The notes under the pieces are model-generated. The model was not told the DNA's origin. It searched no databases and was given only the letters and a program-made list of their open reading frames with translations. Source: a virus (Duplodnaviria > Caudoviricetes). Taken from it: a stretch of 64,000 bases of DNA. The stretch is from IMG/VR virus record IMGVR_UViG_3300032038_000044, positions 25,221-89,220 of that record; one strand, given 5' to 3'. The translations under genes were made by a program, and so were the position numbers. Below, piece by piece: positions 35,250 to 47,200 of the stretch. Position 1 is the stretch's first letter, and each line of letters begins with the position of its first letter.

Positions 35250-35570
35250 ATGCACGTTACAATTTATAATGAGCCTATAACAGATGCGGTTCTTCTTAAC
35301 AACATAAATAGACTTAGTGATAGAATATTTAAACTTCTCCCTATGAGAGAAGAGGGCAGAGATTGGAACAACTCCTTACATAATCTATTAATAGAGATTG
35401 TGGGATTAAATAAGATATTAGAAGAAAGCGGTCAAACAATCTTATTTAATGTAATAATAAAGTTAAAGGCATTAGAGACACTCGATAAAGAAGATGATTT
35501 CTTTGATTTTAGAAAAGTTATCTTTGAGTGTTTAAGTCTAATGAACAAGTTGAAAAAATGGGTGGGTTAG
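35250..35570 (+). CDS. hypothetical protein (neck region)
   Basis: ORF with GGAGG RBS. Confidence 0.5.
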   Translation: MHVTIYNEPITDAVLLNNINRLSDRIFKLLPMREEGRDWNNSLHNLLIEIVGLNKILEESGQTILFNVIIKLKALETLDKEDDFFDFRKVIFECLSLMNKLKKWVG

Positions 35571-36448
35571 ATAACCTTAAATTTAGGCTTGGCTATTTAG
35601 GTAATACGCAGGATGACCGCAACGTAAAGAAAAAGTTATTGTCTTTACAATCTGCATTAAAAAATAGTTACCAAGCAGAATGGATACATTTAGATAATTC
35701 TGATGAAACTAAATGTAGATGTTTAATAAACCCCAATAAATTGACAGATGATATTGATAAGAAAATAATATCTATCGAGTTCTCTTATGGATTAAAAGAG
35801 GGCGACACTTTTTATTGGGATAGGACAGATAGTCATTGGCTGGTATATCTACAACAGTATACAGAGGAAGCTTATTTCAGAGCAAATATTGAACGTTGTG
35901 ATTATCAGTTTGATGTTAATGATAATAAATATTGGGTATATGTAAGAGGTCCAGTAGAAACTGATTTAGAATGGATGTCAAAACACAATATTGCTTTTAA
36001 CACAATGAACTATTCATTAGTATTAAATATCACAAAGAATGAAGAAACATTAGCTTTCTTCGACAGATTAAATATTGTCAAGTTTAATGGACATAATTGG
36101 AGAGTTGAGGCAACTGATAAATACTCACAGAAAGGTATCATTCAAGTATACCTAGGTGAATACCATGACAATGAAATGGCGGACGCCAAGGTTGAACCTC
36201 AACCAATAGAGAGTGAAATAAGCGGACCGCAGATAGTTCACTGTTACGACACTGGATTGGAGTATGCGGTGACTGGTGAGACCGAAGGTAGATGGGAGGT
36301 CGCTCCCGCATCTAAAGCTGTCATTGTTTCATCTACTTCTTCCTCTTGTTCATTAGACATTATTGCTAGTAGAAAATGTAAGATTACATTATCTTATATA
36401 ACAGATGATAGTAGGATTGATTTACCTATATCAGTAGAATCAATCTAA
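35558..36448 (+). CDS. probable head-closure protein with Ig-like C-terminus (start probably MGGLDN)
   Basis: Beta-barrel-like motifs (GDTFYW, NWRVEATD); synteny. Confidence 0.4.
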   Translation: MGGLDNLKFRLGYLGNTQDDRNVKKKLLSLQSALKNSYQAEWIHLDNSDETKCRCLINPNKLTDDIDKKIISIEFSYGLKEGDTFYWDRTDSHWLVYLQQYTEEAYFRANIERCDYQFDVNDNKYWVYVRGPVETDLEWMSKHNIAFNTMNYSLVLNITKNEETLAFFDRLNIVKFNGHNWRVEATDKYSQKGIIQVYLGEYHDNEMADAKVEPQPIESEISGPQIVHCYDTGLEYAVTGETEGRWEVAPASKAVIVSSTSSSCSLDIIASRKCKITLSYITDDSRIDLPISVESI

Positions 36449-36460
36449 AGGAGTGCGCTT

Positions 36461-37081
36461 ATGGGAAAAATGGGAAAATTCAATACTTATACAAATAGAT
36501 TTGAGTCAACCTTTTTAAGTGCTAACAAGGACACAGAAGAGATAATTAAAAGATTATTTGTAGATAATCCTTACAAAGAAGACTTACTTCGTCTATTGGT
36601 GGTTAATACACCAGATTGCTTAACTGATAGAACTAATTCCGCTTATAAAGCAAAGATTAGAACTATGACACCGGCAAAATTAAGACAAGATGGTTATCTA
36701 AAGTTATCTCCTAAGATTGGCTTAAAAGAGAACGAAGAAGCTAAAAGTTATATAATTATATCTTTTACAAGTTTTGTTCCAACTGATAATCACTATTATA
36801 GAGATTGCGTAATGACCATTGATATTCAATGTCCTATTGATGAATTTGAAATGGATAATTATGGTATAAGACCTCTAATGATAGCTGGTTATATTGACGC
36901 TATCCTCAATGAAAGTAAACTATCGGGTATAGGTACTCTTCAATTTGTTGGTATGTCAGAAATCACACTAGAAGAAAATCTAGGTGGTTACTGTTTAATG
37001 TATCAATCTACACATGGTGCAGATGATGTAATCCCTATTGAGGATGGTGAAGAGGATGAAGACGAACTACCTTCTATATAA
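36461..37081 (+). CDS. probable tail terminator/completion protein
   Basis: Synteny. Confidence 0.4.
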   Translation: MGKMGKFNTYTNRFESTFLSANKDTEEIIKRLFVDNPYKEDLLRLLVVNTPDCLTDRTNSAYKAKIRTMTPAKLRQDGYLKLSPKIGLKENEEAKSYIIISFTSFVPTDNHYYRDCVMTIDIQCPIDEFEMDNYGIRPLMIAGYIDAILNESKLSGIGTLQFVGMSEITLEENLGGYCLMYQSTHGADDVIPIEDGEEDEDELPSI

Positions 37082-37790
37082 CACAAAAATAGATATTCCT
37101 TTTGCTGAAATGGGTTGTAGTTTACACAACCCAACAGTAGAAGAGATAAGTCTTATAGGGGAAAGGGAGTTTCATATTGCGGTAGAGATGGTAATATCTA
37201 TACCAAAAAATTTACTAGACCAGGGCAAAGCTGTTTCAGAGGACATAACAGACTTTGATATATTTATGACGATGATAAACCATCAAGATTATAAAGAGTA
37301 TAAAAACTGTGTCTTAATGTTGTTTAGTTTACTTTTTGTAAATTGTTCTATAAAGGTCTTAAAAGACCATATAGAAATTATTGATGAAAATCAAGCAATT
37401 CATTTGCTAAATAAAACAAATTTTGAAGCTCTGCAAACCACATTCATTCATATGTTTAAGACAGAGAAAGAAGAAAAAGAAATGACAAAGCCCGCTGATG
37501 GGTTAGCAAAGAAGATTGCAGAAAAGATAGCCGCCGGTAAGAGAAAAAGAGAAGAAATAAAGGGGAAGAAAAACACCACTGATACTTCCGATATGAGTAT
37601 CTATAAAAGATACGCATCTATTCTTGCTGTTGGTGAACAAAAGGATATTAATATCCTTTACAAATATACTCCTAAACAATTAAAAGAGGAGTTTGAACGA
37701 TATCAAAAGAAGATTGCTTTTGATAATTATGTTGCCGCTCGATTAGCTGGTGCGACTGATATAGACGAACCAGAGAATTGGATGGAATAA
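37056..37790 (+). CDS. tail-region hypothetical protein (chaperone-like)
   Basis: Synteny; start uncertain (track 37038). Confidence 0.35.
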   Translation: MKTNYLLYNTKIDIPFAEMGCSLHNPTVEEISLIGEREFHIAVEMVISIPKNLLDQGKAVSEDITDFDIFMTMINHQDYKEYKNCVLMLFSLLFVNCSIKVLKDHIEIIDENQAIHLLNKTNFEALQTTFIHMFKTEKEEKEMTKPADGLAKKIAEKIAAGKRKREEIKGKKNTTDTSDMSIYKRYASILAVGEQKDINILYKYTPKQLKEEFERYQKKIAFDNYVAARLAGATDIDEPENWME

Positions 37791-37852
37791 ACAGTAAATA
37801 ATCTATAAAAGATTATTTCACATAACCTAAATACTTTAAGGAGGAAAATTGT

Positions 37853-38863
37853 ATGAAGTTTGGTTCAAGAGAGATTTGCGACGTAACTTTTAAAGCTACT
37901 GCAAATGGACAGAAAATTGGTACAAAGACTTTCAAAGCAGGTCAGCCTTGCTTCGGTATTGATACAGGTAGAACTTCAAGCTTAGAGCAGGGTACAACAA
38001 CTGTATATGCTCAGGGTGGTAAGGGTTATACAAGACTTATCGCTTGGGAAGGTGAGAAAACAATGACATTCACAATCGAGGATGCTCTTATCTCTCCTAT
38101 GGGTCTTGCAGTTCTTTCAGGTGCTGGTCTTATTAAGAACGGTGGTAAGGCAGGTCACACACACGCTCACATTACAACTACAGCTAACGTAGATGCTAAT
38201 GGTGTTGCTAAGGTTGACTTATCTGCACTTCAGGACGAGACAGGTCTTACAGAGAAGACACAGCAGGGTTCAATCGTTGCTAAGACTTCTTTCAATGTAT
38301 GTAAGACAACAGACGTTCCAGCTTACGCTACTGTACTTGACGGTTCAGGTGCTGGTATCGACTTTGTAGATAACATTACTATCACAGGTCAGACATCAGA
38401 AGAGTTTGCAGACGCTATTCTTGTTGATGCAAACCACGATGCAACATTCACACTTGCTAACAATGAAGATTATGAAGGAACTGGTAAGCAGTTTGCTAAC
38501 AAGACAGTTCAGTTAGACTTCTATGTAATCTTAACTCAGGGTGTTACTGAGATTGAAATTAAGCCAGGTGACTTCGGTGGATTCTTCTATATCGAGGCTT
38601 CAACTCTATTCCGTAGAGAAGATACAGGTCTTGACATGGCTGCTGAAATCATAATTCCAAAGGCTAAGGTTCAGTCTGGATTCACATTCAGCATGGCTGC
38701 AACTGGTGACCCATCAACATTCACATTCACACTTGACTGCTTCCCAGGCTATACACAGTTTGATAAGACAGTAAAGAGAATGTGCGTACTTCAGGTACTT
38801 GGTTCAGATGAAGATGCTGCTCAGGAGTCTGGTACTCATACAGACCACAAGCTTAGTGTTTAA
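37853..38863 (+). CDS. major tail tube protein
   Basis: TSSLEQG..TVYAQGGKG N-terminus, FSMAATGDPSTFTFTLD C-terminus, biased codons, terminator downstream. Confidence 0.65.
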   Translation: MKFGSREICDVTFKATANGQKIGTKTFKAGQPCFGIDTGRTSSLEQGTTTVYAQGGKGYTRLIAWEGEKTMTFTIEDALISPMGLAVLSGAGLIKNGGKAGHTHAHITTTANVDANGVAKVDLSALQDETGLTEKTQQGSIVAKTSFNVCKTTDVPAYATVLDGSGAGIDFVDNITITGQTSEEFADAILVDANHDATFTLANNEDYEGTGKQFANKTVQLDFYVILTQGVTEIEIKPGDFGGFFYIEASTLFRREDTGLDMAAEIIIPKAKVQSGFTFSMAATGDPSTFTFTLDCFPGYTQFDKTVKRMCVLQVLGSDEDAAQESGTHTDHKLSV

Positions 38864-38876
38864 TCATTAAGAATTG

Positions 38877-38913
38877 AAGGGGAATATCGAAAGGTATTCC
38901 CCTTATTTTTTTT
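38877..38913 (+). terminator. Rho-independent terminator
   Basis: GGGGAATATC-GAAA-GGTATTCCCC plus T-tract. Confidence 0.8.
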
Positions 38914-38925
38914 ATAGGAGAGGAC

Positions 38926-40551
38926 GTGTATTTTATGAGTTATAGAAGAAATTATATTCACTATTGCTTAGAAAATTATTATAAACAAGGCACTTTATTG
39001 ATGTCTAAAGATAAAGCACTAGAACATAGGTCACAACCTATACCACGTTTTGATAAAATAATTGGTGACCATTATGCAAAAATGTTAAGTGCTACTAAGA
39101 GAGACGCAAATGTAGATAAAGCAGCTATTGAAAAAAGATTAAATTACTTCTTTGGACTAGATGATGGTAAATCACAAGGCGAAGAAGAAGTAGCATCAGT
39201 TTTTAAAGGTCTCTGTGATGAAATGGCTAAAGAAGTTGAAAAACATGGGCAAAACTTTAATGTAAACACTGGTGCCGTTACTGAAAAAGGTAGTGGCGTT
39301 TCAGTTAGAATAAGTGGTAAAGAACGTCAGTACATAAGAGATGCTATGCGACATATAAATAGAAATGCAGCTTCTCAGGAGATAGCAACTGTATTACAAG
39401 ATACTAAAAAGCTAGAAAATAAATTAACACAATACGCAAATGAAATATCTAATGGTCTAGATAAAAGTCAGCTTTCTAAAATGGACCAAGAGATGTTAAA
39501 AGATATAGATACTGTAAAGAAATGTCTTGCTACATTAAGAAAATACAGAAAAAATAAAAGTAGAACAAATATAAATGATACGGCTAATGAAGCATACAAG
39601 ACATATGCGGAAACGCTAGGAAGAATACGTAAGAATTCAAGAGCTGGAGATTTATTAGTAGTTAAAGACGTTCAAGGTAAAGTTATAGAGTATGCTTTTT
39701 CATTAATGGAGAAAAATGTTAAAGACTTTACTAAAAACCATATAAATAGTATATACAACAGTAGCGATAAGAAGTATCAGCCTGTGGGAGCTACTAGTGA
39801 AGAGAGTATTGACCTAGAAGATTTAGCTATAGAAGCTTTTGGTGTGACTATGTCTGGTTTAGCAAAGGCTGGTGTAAAATTAAAGACTTATAGCGGAACT
39901 AGAAAAACTGATGCGGAATTCACTATTGGATACAATGATGATAAAGAAGATAAAATAAATCTTAGTTTAAAGTCTTATAAATTAAATAATAAAAGTAAGA
40001 AAATAAAACTTGTAGATAAAAGTACATTATTGGATATGTTATCTTTTGCTTTTAAGGATAATGAAGAGTTTTATTTTCATTATTTAAACCTAGCATCACA
40101 TGGGGTTAATTCTCTTTCTTCAGAGGCTAAAGCCGCCAGACTCAAGGCGGAGTATGCCGTATATCTAGCTTTAGGATATAAAGCCATGGCTGGCATTAAC
40201 AAACAAACTGAAGCAAGATATTTTGTAGTTAATGATACATCTACTATAGATAAGAATAGAAAATATAAAATTATTAATATACAAGATATGTTTAAGCAGT
40301 TAGTAAGTAAGAATATTGAAAAAAAGAATGATATAGATGGACTATTTGAAGTTTTTGATTTCAAAATTGGAAACAAAAAAACACTTCCTACTATTAGAAA
40401 TACATGGCATGGTAAGGAGAATAGGAGAGATGTTGAAGAGGCGGACGTCCGTATATCTTCCATAGTAAAATATTTAGCCGATACTCATGTTGAAGTATCA
40501 TTGATGAAAAATGCACTAAATACTTATTCAATGAAAGACGAAAAAGATTGA
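38926..40551 (+). CDS. 541-aa protein with C-terminal PD-(D/E)xK-like motif inserted in the tail module
   Basis: RKTDAEF...INLSLKSY; Lys/Asn-rich and AT-rich relative to neighbours. Confidence 0.45.
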   Translation: MYFMSYRRNYIHYCLENYYKQGTLLMSKDKALEHRSQPIPRFDKIIGDHYAKMLSATKRDANVDKAAIEKRLNYFFGLDDGKSQGEEEVASVFKGLCDEMAKEVEKHGQNFNVNTGAVTEKGSGVSVRISGKERQYIRDAMRHINRNAASQEIATVLQDTKKLENKLTQYANEISNGLDKSQLSKMDQEMLKDIDTVKKCLATLRKYRKNKSRTNINDTANEAYKTYAETLGRIRKNSRAGDLLVVKDVQGKVIEYAFSLMEKNVKDFTKNHINSIYNSSDKKYQPVGATSEESIDLEDLAIEAFGVTMSGLAKAGVKLKTYSGTRKTDAEFTIGYNDDKEDKINLSLKSYKLNNKSKKIKLVDKSTLLDMLSFAFKDNEEFYFHYLNLASHGVNSLSSEAKAARLKAEYAVYLALGYKAMAGINKQTEARYFVVNDTSTIDKNRKYKIINIQDMFKQLVSKNIEKKNDIDGLFEVFDFKIGNKKTLPTIRNTWHGKENRRDVEEADVRISSIVKYLADTHVEVSLMKNALNTYSMKDEKD

Positions 40552-40576
40552 CAACTACCAAAAATTTTGGTATAAT
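40548..40576 (+). promoter_or_regulatory. sigmaA promoter with internal palindrome ACCAAAAATTTTGGT
   Basis: TTGACA-17-TATAAT; palindrome 40557-40571. Confidence 0.75.
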
Positions 40577-40605
40577 ATAATTAAGAAATAAAAGGAGGAC
40601 TTATA

Positions 40606-41109
40606 ATGTCACAGATTACAGTTAATGGAGATACAATTAATGTAAAGGAATTTCTTCCAACAGACGAGAAGTATTCTTTTATCATGACTACAGTGAATGA
40701 GGCTACAGAGGAGGGTACTGGTCTAATTTCAGAAATTCTTTTAGACCTATTCTTCAATCTTAATATCATTCTTAAATATACAGATATTAAGTTTGGTGAG
40801 GAAGAGCAGAAGAATCCAGCAGACCTTTATGATAAGTTAATTGCGGACGGTGTGATTGATGCAGTTATTAAGGCGATTCCAGAGAAGGAATTTAGCACAC
40901 TCTTCAACTATGTAGAGAAGGAAGTAGGTAAGCGTGAAGCATACGCTAAGAGCATCGCTGGGGTTATTGGAAGCGCCATTTCCGCACTTCCAGAGGTGTT
41001 AGATAAAGTAAATGAAGAATTAAAAGACCTTGATACAGATAAATATTCTAATGTAATTGCATTTGCTAAGGCAAATGGTCTTTCTCTTGGTGCAAAAACA
41101 ACTGAATAA
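40606..41109 (+). CDS. probable tail assembly chaperone
   Basis: Directly upstream of tape measure; acidic, helical. Confidence 0.4.
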   Translation: MSQITVNGDTINVKEFLPTDEKYSFIMTTVNEATEEGTGLISEILLDLFFNLNIILKYTDIKFGEEEQKNPADLYDKLIADGVIDAVIKAIPEKEFSTLFNYVEKEVGKREAYAKSIAGVIGSAISALPEVLDKVNEELKDLDTDKYSNVIAFAKANGLSLGAKTTE

Positions 41110-41116
41110 AAAAGTA

Positions 41117-41162
41117 TGGGCAAAATACATTAAAATGATAGGCTTTACTATAATATATATTA
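41117..41162 (+). promoter_or_regulatory. phage-specific promoter-like motif copy 3
   Basis: TGGGCAAA, AATATA at +34. Confidence 0.55.
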
Positions 41163-41218
41163 TGGTGAAGCCTATTTTTTGTTTATATAGAAAAATAAAA
41201 TAAGGAGGAAAAAGGAAT

Positions 41219-44200
41219 ATGGCTGATAAGCAATATACCATTAAGGTTGGCTACTCTGTCGATGATTCAGGTCTTAAGAAAGTAAAACAAGACTTACAGA
41301 CAGTACAGGACATAGCTAATGAATTTAAGCTACTTGGAAAAGGCGATTATACTAAACAAATAAGTGCTTTAACTAATGCCTTTGATAAGAGTGCCAATTT
41401 TACATTAGGCAAGTTTGATTCAGGTAAGTTTGTTAATGAATTAAAGAAAAGTAAATTAACTGTTGACCAACTAAGAACTTCTCTTAACGCCATGTATGGT
41501 GATGGTCAAACTGTATTTAATCATATTGCTAAAGATGTATTAGATGCAAATATTCAGTTAAGACAAACACCTAAGTTTATACAAGAATTCCAAAGAACAT
41601 TTACTAACGTATTCAGATATAACTTAGCTGGTATGATTCAAAATGCTTTTACTGGTAGTTTCCAGCAAGCAATTGGATTTGCTAAGTCCCTTGATAGCTC
41701 TTTAAATGATATTAGAATAGTAACAGGCAAGTCCGCAGATGAAATGGCAAGATTCTCTAAAGAAGCTGCTTCAGCTGCTAAGTCTCTTGGTAAATCAACA
41801 ACAGACTACACTAATGCCTCATTAATCTACTATCAACAGGGTCTATCAGAAAATGAAGTTAAAGCGAGAACAGAAACCACTCTAAAAGCGGCTAACGTTA
41901 CTGGACAGTCTACAGACGCAGTATCTCAAGAATTAACTGCTGTATGGAATGGTTATAAATTAGTTGCCGATGAGACAGAAGCCGCTGTAGATAAGTTAGC
42001 AGCCGTTGCAGCTACTACAGCATCTAACCTAGAAGAGCTTTCTACAGGTATGTCAAAGGTAGCATCTGCCGCTAACACAATGGGTGTAGACTTTGACCAA
42101 TTAAATGCTCAAATCGCAACTATCATATCAGTTACTCGTCAAGCTCCAGAATCAGTAGGTACAGCATTAAAGACTATTTATGCTCGTATGTCTACTATCG
42201 AGGCTGGTGGTATGGATGAAGAGGGTAATACTCTTACATCATACACAGAGAAAATGAATAACTTTGGCATTTCTGTACTTGACCAGACAGGACATCTCCG
42301 TGATATGGGCGATGTTATGGAAGAGATTGGTCAGAAATGGCAATATATGAATAAAGAGCAACAAGTATCGCTTGCTCAAGCCATGGCTGGTACTCGTCAG
42401 TACAACAACTTAATGGCTTTATTCGAGAACTGGGATATGTATTCAAAGGCTTTAAATACATCTCAGAACGCTCTTGGTACATTACAGAAACAACAGAATA
42501 TCTATATGGATAGTCTTGAAGCTCATCTAAAAACTTTAGAAACAGCTAAAGAAGAAGTGTTCAATACTTTAATAGATACAGATAGTTTTAAAGATTTAAT
42601 AGATACTGTTACAACACTAACAGAAACACTTAATACTTTCTTTGAAACATTTGGTGGCGGATTAAATGGTATCATGGGTATGATGGCTATGTTTGCGCCT
42701 ATGTTTAAAACCCAAATTGCTGGTGGTATTACTTCTACTGTTGGTAATATAAAGAATTTCTTTACAAATAAGAACTTAATGTCTGCTCAAGCTGGTTTCG
42801 CGCAGAGTATAGGTGGATTAATGAACGATGACCCTGTCATGAACGCAGTATATCAGCAAAGAGCTTCTATTATAAATACTTTAAATGAGAACCACGCAGA
42901 AGCTTTCATGTCTCAAGAAGAATATGACGCATTTAAGAAACGTGGTGAAGCCTTATCTCTAAAGTCAGGTGCAGCTGCACAAAGTCAGCAAGAACTACTT
43001 GGTGCATTGACTAGTGATGAGTATAAGAAAATGTTTGGTGATGCTAATCGTGCATCAAATATGGCTTCAGGCTTCAAAGAGGCTGGAACTCTATTAGATA
43101 CAAATGACTTATCTGCTCTTAAGAAGAGTGTAACAGAAGCTAGAGACAATCGTTTATCAAATCTAGGATATAAAATACAAGATTTACAAACTCGAAGAGA
43201 TACCTTAAGTGAAAGAAAAGCCGCTTTACTTCAACTTGCAGATGAAAAAGATTTAAGAAAAGCAAAAGCTCCTAACGCACCTCAGCTAACTCAAGCACAA
43301 AGAGAGTTACAAACAAGTTTATTTGGAAATACAAACCTTAGCGGTGACCAGATAAGAAAGAAAACTGAGGAATTAGACCTTGATAAACAAATAGCTGAGA
43401 TTGACACTCAGATAGCTAGTGCTGAAAAAGAAAAGGCTACATATATTGAGAAGAGTGCTAAACTAACTCAATCTATGGAAGAAAAACTTGACATAGAGGC
43501 TAGAAAAGCAGCTTTTATACATGATGAAGAGTCTGGCATTGTAGAAGAAATTGAAAATCAAAGAAAAGATAAACTTGATATATATAACGCAACAGACCTT
43601 ACGGTAAATGCTTTAGCAACTGCTGCAGGTCTTTATTCTTCTATTGGTTCTATTACAGCTATTATCTCTGATGATACTGATTCAATAGGAGAAAAGATTG
43701 GTAAGTTATCTATGGTGCTTATGGCACAAGTTTTACCTTCTGTTGTTAGTCTTGTTAACTTTACACGGGAGATGAAACAAATGCAAGGCGCTGCAAATGG
43801 CGCTGTTGAAGGAAGTGCTAAAGGTGCTGCTAAAGAAGTGGCAAAGAAGGGTATCGGTGCTAAAATAGGTGCTACGGTAGCTTCTGCGTTAGGTCCTATC
43901 TTAGCTGTCGCAATAGGTGCCGCAGTTGTAGCTGGTTTTTTAAATGCTATTAATCAGCATGAAATCAAGAAACTTGAGAAGAAGGCTGAAAAAGCAAAAG
44001 AGGAACTTAAAAGAGCTACTGAACAATCTTCAAAGAGTAATGAAGAAGCTGAAGCTTTAAGACAAATTGAAGAAGGCTATGACGAATTACAGAAACAATT
44101 AGAAGATGGTTCTATAACAAAACAAGATGTTATAGACAAAACCTATGATTTATGTATTCAATATGGTCAAGAAGATTTAGCTGTTAGAGCATTGTGCGGA

Positions 44201-47200
44201 AGTTATGAAAACTTAAACGACCTTCTTGAAGAAAACTCAAAGAAGAAAAATGAGCAAGCAATCGCTGATTCAAAAATGGCGGTTGAAAGAGCTAAAGAAT
44301 CAGCTAAAGCTGAAGCAAAACTTTACAATAAAAAGAACAGCAGTTTCTTTGGACTTATTCCTAACAAGAAGAAGTCAGTAAGTGCTAGTGACGCAACTAA
44401 TTTAGCACTTAACTATGATGAAATTCAAGAATCTGTTCTAAAAAACCCTGACAGTAAAGAGTCTAAAGAGTATCTTAGACAATTAGAAGTATTAGGTGAA
44501 CAAGTAGATGTTATAAGAGCTGAATATGCATCACAGGCTGCCGCACAGATGTCTAATATCGGTTTGGATATGGACAACGGTGCTATCACCTCACAGGCTG
44601 CATATGTTGAAGCTTTAAAAAATGCTTGGACAAATAATTCTGATTTCTTTGCTTCTATTGGTTATGATGAGAAAGAATTCTATGATGAGTTCAATTCTCA
44701 AATGCTAAAGGATGAAGAGCTTTCATCATATGCTCAAAAGTATGGTATTTCACAGCAGATAGCTGATGAAGCTAAAATTTCTGCTGATGAGGTTAATGAT
44801 ATATTAAAAGATGCTGACACTGCTATGATACAATATGTATCAGATGCTTTATCAGATGGAGTTATTGAATCAAAAGAGTCTCTAGAAGAAATACTAAAAG
44901 AGTATGATGAATTTAGAGGCTACTTTGAAAAGAACCCAGTAAGAATGGGCATTGAGTCTGGACTTGCTCAGCTTGTAAAAGATGGAACAATAAGTGAAGA
45001 CACTATTGCACAAATTTTTTCTAACGGAAATATTGGCAATATGTCACAAGACCAGTTCTCTAGTGCGGACGTTGGTACTCAAACTGCTTCATTATTAACA
45101 GCACAGATATTTGATGCGCAGAATCAAGAACAAGCTAGAAAAGAAGCTTTAGAAGAGGCAAATAGACTTCTAAAAGAAGCTGAAGATAAACAGAGTGAAT
45201 ATGGCGGAATTGAGAAAACTCTTTCCGCTGAAGATATACAATCTGTATTTATACAACATCTAAAGAATAATAGTAGAAATGTTTATAATTATGATGCATA
45301 TGGTAATATGTGGTCACAAGCAGATTTATTAGAAAATATTACACCTGAAGATATTGCAGAAATAGCTAGAGCTTCAAAAGAAGGAAAGACAGACAGTCTC
45401 ACTGATAAACAAAAGCAAGACCTTGAAATAATTAAAAGTCAACTTGAAAAAGGACAACTTAATTATCAAGGAGATAGTTGGGAAGATTATGTACTTAATG
45501 ATTATAAAGTAACTGGCAATAAATCTAATTTAAGTCAAAAAGAAATAAAAGAAAATGAAAAATCAATACTTAGATATAAAAAGAAAGTTGATGAATTAAA
45601 GAAGGCAGAGCTAGATTATAAAAAGACTAAAGAGTCAGTTAATGCTGCATATAAGCAGACTGCTAATGATGTAGACCACTTACAATCACAGTATCAAGGA
45701 CTTGTTAATATTGTAAAAGACTACAATGATAACAATAAGCTTTCAGTTGATAATGTCCAAACATTATTAACTATGGATAATGCATTTGTAGCTAGTCTTG
45801 AATTCCAGGGCGACCAATTAGCAATAAATGGTCAGACATACGAAAGCTTAATGGACATCCAGAAAGCTTACATGAAGGAAGAAGTTCTTTCACAGATGAT
45901 TACAGACCTAGCTGGTCTATCACAGAAAAAAGCTATTGACTTATCTTATCAATTAGGCAATGCTCAAAAAGGTCTTTCGATAGATGTTGCTGAGGCATCT
46001 GCCGCAGCACAACAAGGTACTGTAGCATTTACTGAGTATGCATCTGCATTAGCTAAGGCTGCTGGAGTTGACCTTGGTAACATCTCAAAGGATGAAGCTG
46101 AATTCATCAAAGCCACTGAAAATAGGTTAAAGATGCTTGACGCTATGACATACTATGAAGATGAAAATAGTAAGTCAAAGAAGAATAAAGAAGAAAAGAA
46201 AGAATATGACGATGAGTTCGATAGATATTGGGATTTAAAGAAGGCAATAGATAAAGTTACTCAAGCAATTGAGAGACTTGATGAAGCACAGGAACACCTT
46301 CATGGTCCTGAACTTATCAAGAGTCTACAGAATGAGAATAAACTTCTTGAAAAACAGAAGGAGACTTATGTTGCTCTTGGTAAGGAACAAGAAAAAGAAG
46401 CTGAAGAACTACGCAAAAAGCTTGGTGATTCAGGGTTCTTATTCGACTCAGAAGGTCAGATAACAAACTATAAAGCACAAACTCAGCAGATGCTTCAAGA
46501 TATGCAAGCAATAACTGATAAGTTTAACCAAGGTGGTTATGACGAAGATAGTTATAATGCTGCACAGAAGAAGTATGAGAAAATAAAGAAAAATCTTGAA
46601 AGATATGATACATTATTCTATTCAGAAATGGTAGATAATGAGAAGAAGTTAAGAGAGATTGAAGATGCTGTTATAGATAATAACATGCAGGCTTGGGAGA
46701 CAGATATCCAGGTTAATTTAGACCTCTCTGAGGCTGAGAGACAGTGGAACGACTTCTTTAGAGATATACAGAGAGATTTCACTTTAGAGTTTGAAGATAT
46801 TAGTAAAAAGAATGCAGTTGGTAAGAAAGACTTTGATACTTATACTAGAGCCGGCGGAACTCTTGATACTAATATAAAAGCAATCCGAGATATTGAAGCT
46901 GATATGGATGCAATAGCTGCTGGTGGAACTGGTAAGTTAATCCATAGTATTGCGGAAGGTAGAGAGAAGGTTAAAGAGCTAGCTACTGACTACAGAAACA
47001 ATATCCAAGAAGTATACAACCTATATCAAGAAGCTTGGGAGAACTACCTAGCTACTATTGACCAAGGTTCTGCTAAACTTGAAAAGCTTATTAAAGAGTA
47101 TGATTTAATCAACCAGAAGTTAGAGTTCCAGAGTCAGTTAATCCAGCTTATCTATGGTAAGCAGGAATATGACCTAATGGACCAGTTCTATACTGCACAA

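Noticed and set aside
40606-41219. Programmed frameshift extending the tail chaperone
   Set aside because: No open downstream frame; a promoter-like motif separates it from the tape measure
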